A stretch of DNA of 64,000 bases from the NCBI GenBank assembly GCA_043228905.1, contig JBHGNT010000001.1, forward strand, positions 31,868,001 to 31,932,000, written 5' to 3'. The notes under the pieces are model-generated. The model saw only the letters and a list, made by a program, of their open reading frames with translations, did no database searches and was not told the origin of the DNA. Position numbers and translations under genes: made by a program. Shown here one piece after another: positions 1-12,989 of this stretch (position 1 is the stretch's first letter; the number at the start of each line of letters is the position of its first letter). The stretch is from Azolla caroliniana (taxonomy: Eukaryota > Plantae > Polypodiophyta).

Positions 1-252
1 AGGGGGAAATTGAATGTTACTAATGACGTTTTGTGGGCGTTCCTTCTCTCTTTATAGGCCATCTCGTGACTTTTGACCCTACATTTACTGAAACTAGTAT
101 CAACCCTACACAAAATCTGATACATGTCTAGTTCTAGTCTTTTCAAGAATCAATATAGGACAGTCTTTGATAAGCATGTTTAGAGGTGAGGACTTACGAT
201 TTTTCATTATTTAGAGTCCTGCAAACAATTGATATCTGAATTTACATTGCAG

Positions 253-3200
253 GCGACAATATGGACGTTCATAGTTTATTTCTTAACAGGCCTGAGCATC
301 ACGAATGGAGGATGGCATTTCTTTGTCTATTATTTGGTGATTATTTTGACAGTTTTAAATGGAGCGTCTATGGTTCGATTCTTTAGCTTTTTTGCTCCTA
401 GTAAAGAGAAAGCTGGGATGTTTACAGGTATATCAATTACTGTCTATGTAGTGGAAACGTTGTGGGTTATTGTAAATATATCTAGATCGTTCAAGGTTTC
501 TTTAGTTATGTCTCTGTTTCCAGCGATGGTTTTATCTGGATGACAGGTCTTCTTGTGGCAATTTTTGTTTTGTTTGCGGGGTTTCTATTACCTCGCTTCA
601 AGGTTCCAAAGTACTGGCTTTGGGTATATTATATAAACCCATTTCAATGGGCCATAACAGCCTTGGTTATTAACGAATACAACTCTTCCAGCTATGGTCA
701 ATTATGCAAGGATGTTCCAGACCTGAGTAAAATCCCCCAATGTACTGGTAGACCAAATGACACAGTTGGTCATGCATTCCTTGCGAGGGGACAGTTTTAT
801 ACAAGTAATCACTGGATTGCTGTTTCTGTAGCTGTAATGTTTGGGTGGATATTACTCTGGAACATTTTCAGCTATTTCGCCATGTTGAAATTGCAGCATG
901 GAAAGATAATCACAAAAGTTCAACCGGCTGAATCAAAGGTAGGTAAAGTGATAGTTTTTCTGTTTATTACATATTGAGGTGCCTGAAAGAAATATCTCCT
1001 TTAATGGATTTACATTCCTGATTTATCTTGCTTAGATATTTCAGGATATACTAACAATATTTCTGATTTTCTGCAGGGAAAAGTAAATGTTGAGATAAAG
1101 CTACAAGATATCGAGTCGTCTGTAATGGAACTATCTCATACAGCAATTCCAGTTACACTCTCATGGCATGAGCTGAATTATGATATCATGGTACCTTCCT
1201 TTAGGACTCCTCGCAGTATCCTTAACTACGTCTCTGGATGGGGGGAACCTAATGATATGGTAGCATTCCTTGGAAATCACGGAGCAGGAAAGACAACCCT
1301 GCTCAACTGTCTTTCAGGTATTCTAGGGCATGCCTCCTATGATCATTTGAAACCCTTCAATTTCAGAGATTTGAATAAGAGCATCTTCAACTATTTTCTT
1401 GGCATATGGATTTCTTGATTTACTTTAAATGGGGAAGGAATCAGGATGGTCATTTGCCACTGGCCAAATTCCCCAATCCTCTTGTTGATATCTTTAGCTT
1501 AGCCAGCAGCACTAAAATTTTGGTTGGTTAGAAAGAAATGGGTCATGAAGGATTGTGAGTTGATACTCCACATATTGTCATATTGCTGAGTGCCATTATG
1601 TATTGATAAATTTCTAGATTCCATAAGGTGCCTTAGGCCAATCCCTCTTCTGTGGATCCACTATAAAATTTCCAAATGGCCCCACTTGATACGCTAAGTC
1701 TGGCTGATATTGTGCAAATACAAGAGATTCCTGACCAGAATCTGATGTTTTTCCTCTCAGTGTTTCCAGTTCCATTCTTCATCAGCTTCAGATTGTCCTC
1801 CATGACCAGTGATAGTCAGCTTGCAGTCCTCCTTATGAGCACTTGGTCTGAGAGACACACACTTGTATCCTTCGATGCACCTCTAGTGCCCAGAATGATT
1901 CAGGCATGTAAAGTGCAGCTTTCTTAATGGATACTGCAAGTAGGAGATCTCTGTGGAACAACCATAGGCTTAAACTGAACTTCGTTATCCTTCAATGCAC
2001 CTCTAGTGCCCAGAATGATGCAGGCATGTAAAGTGCAGCTTTCTTAATGAATACTGCAAGTAGGAGATCTCTGTGGAACAACCATAGGCTTAAACTGAAC
2101 TTCGTTATCCTTCAATGCACCTCTAGTGCCCAGAATAATTCAGGCATGTAAAGAATAGCTTTCTCAATGGATATCACAAGTAGGAGGTCTCTGTGGAACA
2201 AACATAGGCTTAAAGCGATCACATGAAAAAAAGAAAGTAGTTGTGGTTGTGAAAAGCTTTGTATGGGCTGGGAAAATCCATGTGCCTGGTACTGAGAAGA
2301 TGGACAGATTCCCCAGGAGGGCAGATTAAGGAGATGTCCAGCAAATGCTGGTCCTTTACGTCAAAACAGAAGGTGAGAGTCCTGTTTACAAATAACAGGG
2401 TATTTGAACTGTCCCAGACATGCGACCAGGATGAATTTGGCCATGGTAGTCAGTGAGTAGGCACTTGTGATTGGCAACAACATTATAACCCACAGGAACA
2501 ATTAATGTTACTCACATTTCGGAGTCATGTTCTATAATTAATCATCAGTTGGCTCGCTCCACTGTCCTGCTATGAGTCCCCCAACGATTTTGCATTTGAG
2601 TAGTCCTCTCCATTGGCCTGCAGACCTGACACTAACTGATTTCCCCATTAGCCACAATTTTGTTCTTTCCTTGGCCAAACAGGGACCTTTCTGGGCTGAC
2701 CAAACCAGAAGCATTGACTCTTTGCTTTTAACACTTCAGTTGTGGGTGACACCCTTGTGCGATACTTATCTAGAATGGCTACTTACGCCCTTGAACTTTC
2801 CATTGAATGGCTACTTAGGCCTTTGATAGTGTACCAATGCACCTCCGCTCATGCCAACTCTTCTCCAAACGTCATCAACCCAACCTCAGCCATGTGATCC
2901 TGAAGATGCCTTTTGCCCTGGATAAACACCTCCACCTTCTCCACTACCACCATGTGCTTCATGACTAACTGATTATCTAGTTTTTTTCATTCTTTGTAAC
3001 ATCATACGTCACTTACTGATTCCAGAGAATTCTCAAAGAATCCCTCCTTGGGCCTGTGTAAGTGCAACTCAGAACCAAATCTGTTATTCCCTTCATGATT
3101 TCATATATGGAGCAGGCATTCTGCCTTATCAATACTTGCACATCTGCTGCATTTGCGGGTTCAATACAATCAGGTGTTTTGGTTTAGAGTTTCCTCTGCC

Positions 3201-6200
3201 TTTGCATTCATTTCTCATGGTGTCCAAAATCTCCTAGAAATAAACGTGGCGGTTGCCAATTTGCCCTCCCAAAGCATGATCGGTTGTGACTTGTTGATGC
3301 CATCTCCTTGTTGGCACTGGGCAGTTCACTTCCACTTGTTGATGCCATATGCTAGCATATGATTTCATATAGCTTCTTAATCTCAATCATGGGGAGAATT
3401 CCACAAGGATCTCCCGGTTGTGACACCCAGATGCCGGGACCAAATAAACCATTACAGTTTTTAGGATGCATCTATTCCGCCCAGATCCAAAACAGTTACC
3501 CAACCCATGACCCATGAAATGCTGTGCAGTACAGTTGTTAGTCACTTGTTATTCTGGAGGCTCGCCAAAGTTGGAATAGTCTCACAACAATTGCATAAAG
3601 CTCTTCATATGGGAAATGTCAAAACCATATTATCTAGGAATATCTCTGTAGTCATTTTACATTGGCCAGTCATTTACAATCCTTTTATTAACTGCTGCCA
3701 CCTTGAATCCCCTCCACCAACTTTTTTCATTGTCCAAGTGCCTGGAAGATCATAACCTTAGTGATGTTGAAGACCATTATTCTCATTTTCATTACTAAGG
3801 TTATGGTTTTCAACATGTCTAGAAATTGATAGTATATTTTCTTATGACGTGCATTGTTTTGCAGGCCGGAAGATTCTGAAAGAGCATATAGGAGGCCAAA
3901 TACTAGTAAATGGTTATCCTAAAGTGCAAAGTGATTTTTCCCACATCATGGGTTATGTTGATAAAATAGATGCTTATTCACCCTACATGACTGTTAAAGA
4001 GACCTTAATTTACAGTACAACAATGCGCTTGGGGAAATTCTCCTCAAAACAAAATAAACTGAAATTTGTCGAAGAGGTAACTCACTTGAGTTTCTTGTGT
4101 GTAATTTGTCATGGATTAAATTCTTAACGTGAAAGCTCAATTGGTTAAACCACGCAGTTTTCCAAATTCATATTAGTATTAGAATCATTTGATGCTGAAT
4201 TGAAATTCTAGTCCTTCAAGCTTTTGTTGATAAGAACATTATATACTTCCTATCTTGTATTTCAGTATTATAACATATATATTGCTTAGATTTCGCTGGA
4301 TGAATTGGGGGGAGTTAGATTTAGCTGGGCTCGATAAATTCAGTAAAAATAGTGTGCGATGCAATATTCTATGCTGAGATCATGGTTATATAACATGTAA
4401 TTTATAGACATGAAGTCACATCTTGGACTGTGCGGTGAAGGAAGTTGTCTTGTTTTGTGGTGAACTAATAATAGGTAATGGAACAGATCCAGTATAGAGC
4501 CAGGCTAGAAAGAAAATTTGTAATTTAAATAATGGATTTTTTCTAACACAAATCAGTCAGTAATGCCAAGCACTAGATTGTTTGTCTTGTTTTTTATGAT
4601 GAATTTTCTCATCTAAGATGATAAAATTATATGGACTATAGGCCTTGGAACTTACTGGAATGAAGAATTTAGAGAACACTCTTGTTATTTCCTTGGTTAA
4701 TGACGTAAGCTTTCATCAAGAAAAGAGACTTGCTATCGCAACAGAATTGGTTGCCAATCCTAGTGTTTTATTTTTGGATGATCCCCTCAAGAGTATTGAT
4801 AGTTTAAATGCTGTGCAGATTACAACATGTCTCCAGGTAATTATGATTCATCAATTCATTTTTTGGGAATATTGCATATAATATCTGGTTGAATCTGAAG
4901 ATCACAGAAAATGTTCGATTGTCTTGCAGCGGATAGCAAAAACAGGCAGGCTAGTGATAGCTATACTGGAACACCCAAGTCAACGCATACTATCCATGTT
5001 CACTAAAGTGCAGATACTGAAGAGTGGAGAAACTGTTTATTTTGGACCAGTCGGTAACAACTGTGATATGGTTAGAGTAAGTTTCACAATTTCCTTAGTC
5101 AGGTTTACAGGGAAAACCATACTGCCATACTGTTCCTAACACATCTGGTTAATACTGCGGAATTGTCTTTCAATGTCATTCTCTAGTAGACTATCTCATG
5201 GTTACTGCAATCAGATACCCCTGGTCTAGGATATCCTTCATCTAATTTAATGGCCCAAAATTCCACTGTCTGGAGCACTCGAACACTTCATTATTAGCAG
5301 TAAGAACATTATATAAATATTTCATGACTATCCTTTTTTCATCTAGTGATCATGCCAACAGGATTCTTTGTCCAACACACCAAGCGTCATGCCTTAGAAG
5401 CATGCCTTTGACCTCTTTGAGCTACTCTTGATGGAGAAGAACTCCGCACTCTTCAAAGTTCACTTTTCATTGCTAAACTTTCAATTAAAAATCAATGACC
5501 ATATGTAGTTGCCTTTTTATATGAAATGCCAGGAAAAGGTTGAGATGACAGGATGCCTTTGACCTCTTTGAGCTACTCTTGATGGAGAAGAACTCCGCAC
5601 TCTTCAAAGTTCACTTTTCATTGCTAAACTTTCAATTAAAAATCAATGACCATATGTAGTTGCCTTTTTATATGAAATGCCAGGAAAAGGTTGAGACTAA
5701 AATATGTTTGAGATTGCAACTTGGAAATACAAAATTTGTTTTTCATAACCATTTCAGTGATCAACTCCTAACCAAGATGCCGTTGTACCATACTTACTGA
5801 TATGTAGATGTATTTCGAGGCCATACCAGGCACATCTCTCTGCCCGTCAGATAAGAGTGTTTCAACATATGTGCTTGATATGATTGGAGAGAATAGGACG
5901 TACAGGAGATCTATAAAAGATTATGCGTTTGAGTATCGTGTAAGTGAATTGGCCCTTCAAAATCATATACACCTGCAGCATCTTCGCCGATCAAAAGGTC
6001 AAAATATCTCTGAGTTACATGCACAGAACTATGCTGCACCTTTTATAACAATGCTTTCCCAGACAATATTGACAATTCAACGTCAATACTGGAGAAATAT
6101 CAACTATAGCTGGGCACGATTTATGAGTTACTTGGTGATGAGCTTGTTGTTGGGATCTGTGTTTTACAAGATTGATGTGCATAACAATGCTGGAATGAAC

Positions 6201-7152
6201 TCTCGTGCTGGAGCTATCTTTATTAGTTGTGTGTTGGTGGGCATAACAAATGCACAGAATGCTATTCCCATGGTGGTTCAAATGAGAGATGTCCTTAGGA
6301 GGGAACGAGCTGTTCACCAGGCTCGTGTATCCATGTACAATATTGCTTTTTCTCTTGCAGAGGTGACTCTTATCAATTTAAAGCACTTATATATTTGTTT
6401 GTGTCAAGAGCACATTTTTATGTGACGGTTTGAAAAAGGCCATTCTTACTGTTGGCATGTGGAAATCTCTTTATTGGATTGCAGATACCCTATTTGATGG
6501 TTGCTACCTTCATTTTCTGCTGCATATTTCTACCCATGACAGGACTTGCAGTCGAATCAGCAGCTCACTTCTTCCAGTACTGGTTTATTTCCTCTGAATT
6601 CTTTGTGGTGATTACGTTCTTCGCTATATTATTGGCGATTATCGCTCCGGTGCCTCAGGTGATGAGATGTGAATGATGTATACGATGGTGTTGGAAAATT
6701 TGACTAATATTTTTACTTTGTTTCTTCTACAGATTGCTTCTGTCTTGGTTCCAGTTATCGTGGGCATATGGGTGGCAACTGCAGGCCTTGTGGTGCCGAA
6801 AAGAAAAATACTCAGCCAATTTATATGGATATATTGGACCAATCCGTTACAGTTTGCATTAGATGGGCTCACTTCTGTTGCCTTCTTTTGTGATCTCGAC
6901 AAGCCCTCATGTCTGAATGCTGGTCGAAATCCTGCATGTGCATCTAATCCTAGTGCATGCCCCTCTTGTGATTGTCCTCGCCTCTCAGATAGCCCAACCA
7001 GTACCTTCGTATGGAGCCAGATCTCCTATAACCGAAGCCTCCACTACAGTAGGGTTCCCTACGACATGCTGGCTCTCTTCCTGTCAGCAGTTATCATACG
7101 GTTTCTCACATTCATGGCCCTCAAGTACATGAAACACTACAAGAGAACTTGA
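253..7152 (+). CDS. Full-size ABCG/PDR-type transporter, 3' part (end of TMD1, NBD2, TMD2); 5' exons lie upstream of the window
   Basis: In-phase GT-AG exons 253-427, 547-938, 1077-1317, 3865-4076, 4642-4836, 4930-5076, 5808-6362, 6485-6658, 6733-7152 (TGA). PDR-like motifs: FAGFLLPRFKVPKYWLWVYYINPFQWAITALVINEY, Walker A GNHGAGKTT, ILVNGYPK, KRLAIATELVANPSVLFLDDP, GETVYFGPVG, YFEAIPG, QYWRN, WIYWTNPL. Confidence 0.9.
1318..3864. mobile_element. 2.5-kb ABCG intron probably expanded by a decayed transposon or other coding remnant
   Basis: Much longer and visibly less AT-rich than the other introns of the gene. Minus strand shows long stop-interrupted reading stretches (about 2550-3150). No diagnostic TE motif or termini recognised. 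Confidence 0.3.
1866..2214. repeat. 120-bp tandem repeat, about 2.9 copies
   Basis: Unit tatccttc(g/a)atgcacctctagtgcccagaat...ccataggcttaaactgaacttcgt starts at 1866, 1986 and 2106. Confidence 0.95.
5402..5696. repeat. Near-identical direct duplication (period 151 bp) in an ABCG intron
   Basis: atgcctttgacctctttgagc...ggaaaaggttgaga at 5402 and 5553. Confidence 0.95.
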
Positions 7153-8804
7153 TATATTGCTGGAAGTTGCAGGGTCAACCAACTTGATGTAATGGTGGTT
7201 TTGTACATATAACCAGTTGGGTCGTTCTCCTACAGGATGCTGCAGGATCAAACCAACTTCATGTGAAAGTCTTTACAGAATAAAAGTCTACAACCCTAAA
7301 TTATACACTACTATATGAACCAGCTTTATATAATCGGTTTTGTATAGCTGAGCTGCCCTTACGTGCTGTCAACCAACGTTATGTATCTATAGCGTGTACT
7401 ATATATCTACTTCACATATCAACGTATAAGCTCATTGTTTTCACAACCATATTAATGTTTCCAGCATTGATGTACCTGATTCCAAGAAACAGCTCTGCAG
7501 TATTTAGTTCATATAGCAGTAAACATTTGTATTACAACAATGTATGCGAGCAAGGTACATGTGTCCTATTGAAAGCATGTGTTCTATACCAAGCACAAGA
7601 ATTTGTGGCAGCATTACCTGTAGTGCTTTGATGTAGTGAATGTGAAGTGATGTCTAGTGTCTTTTCATAATTTTTCACCATATTGTTAATACTATGTAAT
7701 TATTTAATGCCTACATTATGCAGGATGCCTTTGTGTGGGGGTAGAAATAGGTTTGCCGAGTCCCAACTATGTTAACAACAATAGTAGAGGACATTTTGTA
7801 ATGCCATGAGTGATGATGTAAGAATTGTGTGGGTTTGACAACCAAATCAGAAACTATGAGACACTCTACAACATAGACAATAATGTCACACTATATCTAC
7901 TCCATGTACTTACACATCACTGGAAGTTAGGTTCCAATGAAGGAGATATGGTGTGAGTCTTTAATAGCCACATCTATACATGATTCTATATGTGGCTATG
8001 CCTTTTTCGATTGTTGAGGTTGAGAACTCCAAATAGGTTTGCAAGTGGTCACCAAAAATTCTAAGGTGTAGGATGAAGTGTTTAAGATTCCTTGATTGCT
8101 TGGTTTATGAATTATTCTTGTTGGTCATAGATTATGGTGTTTGTTTTATGGCTAATTTGGGATGTGCTCTCCTTGTGACCATTTGGGTTGTTTGGGTATC
8201 ATTGAATGCAAATGAATGAAAAATGTGATCATAATTCATATCAACAAAGGATCTCCAAGGTTTTAGTTTGCTAATGACCTATAAAGCTATGAGCACTTTG
8301 TACCATCATCAACGACATGTGACTAATATGATTTCATTGAGGTTTAATAATATTAGTAATTATGTTAAATACATCATAAAAATAGATGTTAAATATTCAT
8401 ATTATCATTCTTTGTTTGAGAGGGTAATTTTGAGTGCGATGATGGCAATAATTGGTAAATTGCTTCTTAGCACAGGTGTTCGTTTGTCATGTCTACATCT
8501 ATCATGTACAAATAGGTCAATCAAAATTTTGACATATGTAATCCACATAAACTATCAATGTTGCTACATGTTTTTTCTAATGTTTGTGCATGGCAAGGTG
8601 AACATGTCTTAGATTGTGCAACCCGTAGTTGATGCTTCATGGGGTAAGTGTGCTTCGAAATTTTGAAAACCACCTCCATGTTGTGCATGCCCATGTCAAT
8701 GTAGTTTATCCATGGTGTAATTTTCATTGAGGGGACTTTGCCATGTTTGAGAAAAAGATGACGATGCTTTCATAATTGGTTGAATGTCAAAGAAGGGTAA
8801 CCTG

Positions 8805-9012
8805 GGATTATATTATTGAAACATTATAACATCAACTTATTAATTATTTTTAATATAATTGGGAATTTCTCACAAGAAATTCTACTTGTTAATCACTAAT
8901 TGTCACCGAGGATTATATTATTGAAACATTGTAACATCAATTTATTAATTATTTTTAATATAATTGGGAATTTCTCACAAGAAATTCTATGTGTTAATCA
9001 CTAACTGTCACC
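8805..9012. repeat. Tandem duplication, period 105 bp
   Basis: ggattatattattgaaacatt...gttaatcactaa(t/c)tgtcacc at 8805 and 8910. Confidence 0.93.
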
Positions 9013-12000
9013 ATATTTCATATCATAATCCAGCTCTCCAAGACATCACCTTGCTAATGGCGTATCAACTTTTGGAGTTGGTAAGGTCATCTTCTCACAA
9101 TATCATGTGTCTAGATTTTTTTAGAAGCTAAGAGTTCAATCATTAATATTAATTCAGGGCATCAGTTGTGTCACTTGCTTTTTGTGGTAACTATTGCGAT
9201 GTGATGTATGTGAAATTATATAAAACTTATATTTAGTAAATTATGCAAAATCATAACACTTTTATTCAATTTTATTTTGTTTTGTTTTGTACACATTCGA
9301 ACTTGCACAATGATAGAAGATGTTATTTTCATTGATCAACATGTTGCCATAACGGATTAATGAACAATGTTGACCAATCACTTTATTAAACTAGTTCGAA
9401 CGAAACCCACTGTAATTGTCATGTATTGAACTAGAGATGTAAAGATTGAATAAATACAAAATGAGGTCTAATTTCCATGAAAACACCTAAGTTAGGTGTT
9501 GTTATATCTAAAATACTAGATTTGATGGATCTCCCATGCAAATGAAAAGGATTGATGATTAATGAATTCACCACCAACAATCACTCTAGTGGTATCTTGT
9601 GACCATATAGGTGTAATGGATAGTAGATGTGTATGCGTGTACTTGTTGAACTACACTTATTCACTTATTAACTAGCTACATGTTGCGTGTCAATAAAATA
9701 TAGACACAATGGTACACCAAATTTTAAAATTCCAAGGTTTGTTGGTTAAGGTAAAGTTGAGGGAATAAATTTAGAAGAGACTAAGGTTGCAATCGTGCAA
9801 GATCTCTTTCCCTTCCAAAAAGTGTGCATGGAAGAATCCGTTATCTTTTGAACATACACCATAGAGGAAATTTTAGAAAGGCAAACATGAGGTTTGAACC
9901 TTGTATCATTATTCTAGAAATCACGAATAAATTAATGAATCGTTGACATTACCATCACACATGTATAGTGAAAGCTACATGCTACCAACACAATGTTTGC
10001 AATAATCTCCTTAACCATTTTATTCTGTTTGACTAATCGTACCTGTTTGAAAACAACGTTTTGTGCCGAATAACCATAGATGAGTAAGCACCCAAATTCT
10101 TGATCTACATCAAAACTATGTAACTTTCTCACCTTTTCCTAAGGTGCAATCGTTATAAGTAATTATTCAATCACTTTAAGAAGTTGAGATGGGCTTAACT
10201 AGCGTATAGAAACTTTTGGAATTGAAACTTTTTTATTTGGGCACAAAAAGTGAGCTAAAATTATTTCTAGGACATGCTTGTTTCTTTGTACTATTATGAT
10301 GGGATGGGATGTAATACAAATGTAATAGTAATATATGCTCCTGAAATTTGTTTATCATAGAATCTCTAGTTAGGACTTCTTTTAATTTGATGTTTGATTT
10401 CCTCTTCCCCATTCTTTTGTTTCCACAAATACATACCTTTGCAATGACATTGCCCTTTTATTCTTGCAAGATGTTGAAGGTAAAAAATCAATACGTCAGT
10501 ATAGTAGCTTTTTTAACTTTCTTGGATACTTCAGTCATGCCTGAAAATCACACTTATATCTTACACATACATGTAGTGCATTTTTAGAGACATTGAGAAA
10601 ACATGAGACAAGGGCATAGGTGGATATCATGTGTTTGTGTGCATGCACGTACATGTGAAAACACGTACCTCATTTGTTAAGGATGTTTGGTAGAGATGAG
10701 AAAATTGTACAACCTCAAACTAGGGCACAACTCCATTATAGGTAAAGCAATCATGAGAAAAAAAATTATTTGGGAAAATCTCATATTGTGTGAATCAAGC
10801 CTATTATTAGTCATATGCACAACATTATATTTGGATAAACATAACAAAAGAAAATAGTTGGTGATTACTACGGAGACATAGCATTATGAGACTTGTCATG
10901 ATGTGACGTGAAGGAATGTTTTTTGTTACTAATGAAAAATTACGATATATGGACAAAATATGTATATCCTTCTCCTTATTGATAATAGGTAGAGGTCAAT
11001 GTGCTTTTTGTGAAGTGAGCAACACAAAATCATGGCATAGATATAATCATATAACTATGTAACTTTCTTATTGATATACCTGTATGTGAAGTTTGAATAT
11101 TAAATCACATTGTTGTTGTATGTGAAGTTTGAATGTTAAACCACATTGTTGCTAAATATATTTATTAACATCAAAGGAAAATAATATTATGTTCGAGGGG
11201 CACATGCTTCAACACAATGTGGAATCATTACTAGGTATTGTCATATTAAGACATTCCAATTTCCCACCAATTTGGTCTAGCAAGTTAATTGCTCGTCAGT
11301 TCCCAAGTCATGTTAATAGAATTGTTAAAATGAACATATAGAGATGATGGTGCAATAGATTTGACATTTGGTTAGATTATAAAGTTTTAGTTTGAGATCA
11401 TGCCATCCACTCCAAAATCAGCATGGTTTTGCAATTCACTGTCCATAGCCTAAGCGTTAAAAGCAATAGCATTATTAGGAAAACAACATTTATCATTTGC
11501 AATAGCATTATAGGCTTCGTAATAGCAAACATTCTCAGCCCTTGTATTTTTTAATGCTATTACATTTTGCATTTGTCGTTTGTTGACTTGGGTAAACTGT
11601 GGAAGCTCGATTGACATTTCTTGCTTTTGATTCTCCATTTCCTATTTTTCACATCTCGTTTATAGCTTTTTATTTCTTTCCTCTCTCCGTCACTCTCATT
11701 CAGTTAACTTATGTGCACACAACAATTACATTTAGTAAATAGATCAAAGTGCCTAAATATCTAAGTTTCTAACATTGTCATATAAAAAGGGGCCAAATTT
11801 CGCAAAATTCTCTCTCTCTACATGTGCGTGTGTGTTTTGGGATCCCATGATCAAAATAATGTAACTTTACAATTGCATCGTCTATTGCTACGAGAGTAAA
11901 GAATGACTAAATATGACAATGAGATCGAGACACATGAAAGAAAAAAGAAATAAAAATTCGGTCAAGGAAAAGTCATAAAGTACAAAAGAACCTCGGCTAA

Positions 12001-12496
12001 CAATAATCTAAAAGAAAAATCACCTAATGGAAAGCACCCAGAAAAAGGTTTTGATAATGTTCAATCAAGATAACGAGAAAACTTTAAGCATTCATTTGGA
12101 GATCAAAATTCGTTACCCGTTTATTATATGGATATAACAAACCCTTATGGCTTGTTCCGAAAACAAAACAAGGATATGAAAAACGTGGGAAGATTCTACG
12201 AGCAAAGAATGTGAAATTTTTTGAGGAGCTGTCCAAAACAACCAGTAAAGGTCCTTTATTATATGTGATGAAAAAACTTTAGACATTCCTTCCTATCAAC
12301 AATATATTGTGTATAGTTCTTTTTAGAAGGATGTTGATTCACAAACATATAGAAATCTTTTAGTGTACTCCATCCATCCCATGCACATATCAAGCAAAAA
12401 AATCAAGATTTTTGAACTTTGAATAATGTGTTACTATTATAAAAAGTTATCTTTGTTTATGTCTATGTATATACACATATTAATGATTGCGCATGC

Positions 12497-12567
12497 ATGC
12501 ACACGCACACGCACGCATACACACACACACACACACACTATATCTCTCTCTCTCTCTTTCTCTCTCA
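12497..12567. repeat. Compound (CA)n/(CT)n microsatellite upstream of the MYB gene
   Basis: acacgcacacgcacgcatacacacacacacacacactatatctctctctctctctttctctctc. Confidence 0.9.
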
Positions 12568-12989
12568 CGTCTTTCCGAGAATGTGCCAACTTCCAAGGAA
12601 AATACTAGGTGCACAGGTGTAAGTAGTAGAATGTGGGGTCAAATACACATGTGAAAGGGGGTAAGGGATCTTCTGTGGTAGTTAGGGGAAGACTTCTCAA
12701 AAGATGGAAGAGTATATATATGTGTATATGTATATATTGTTTGTTATACCAAGGAGGAGGCAGAGTTAACTTCTATTGTCTCTACTTTAGAGAAGCACGA
12801 GAGTTGAGGTTAAATTTGGAAAAGTGGACATCAATAAACTTGTTAACACTAGTCACATGCTAAATTATCAAAGTCTCGAAACCTTATGTTAATTGATTGA
12901 GTAGTGAGTTTAATTAGGAGAGTCCAAGATTTTGGACGAGAATAAAAGCTTAAGATTTTAGTAAACTTGAAGGTCATATCACTAAGAGG

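Noticed and set aside
1866-2214. Regular repeats considered as a CRISPR-like array (also 28960-29352 and 20935-21330)
   Set aside because: Units are contiguous without unique spacers, the context is eukaryotic and there are no cas genes.
9781-10153. Near-direct repeat ctaagg(t)tgcaatcgt flanking about 340 bp
   Set aside because: No A/T tail, terminal repeats or translated similarity inside, so an insertion cannot be supported.
7153-12400. Short ORFs in AT-rich intergenic DNA (likewise 16-18.7 kb and 48-57 kb)
   Set aside because: No recognisable motifs, splice-consistent structure or coding bias.
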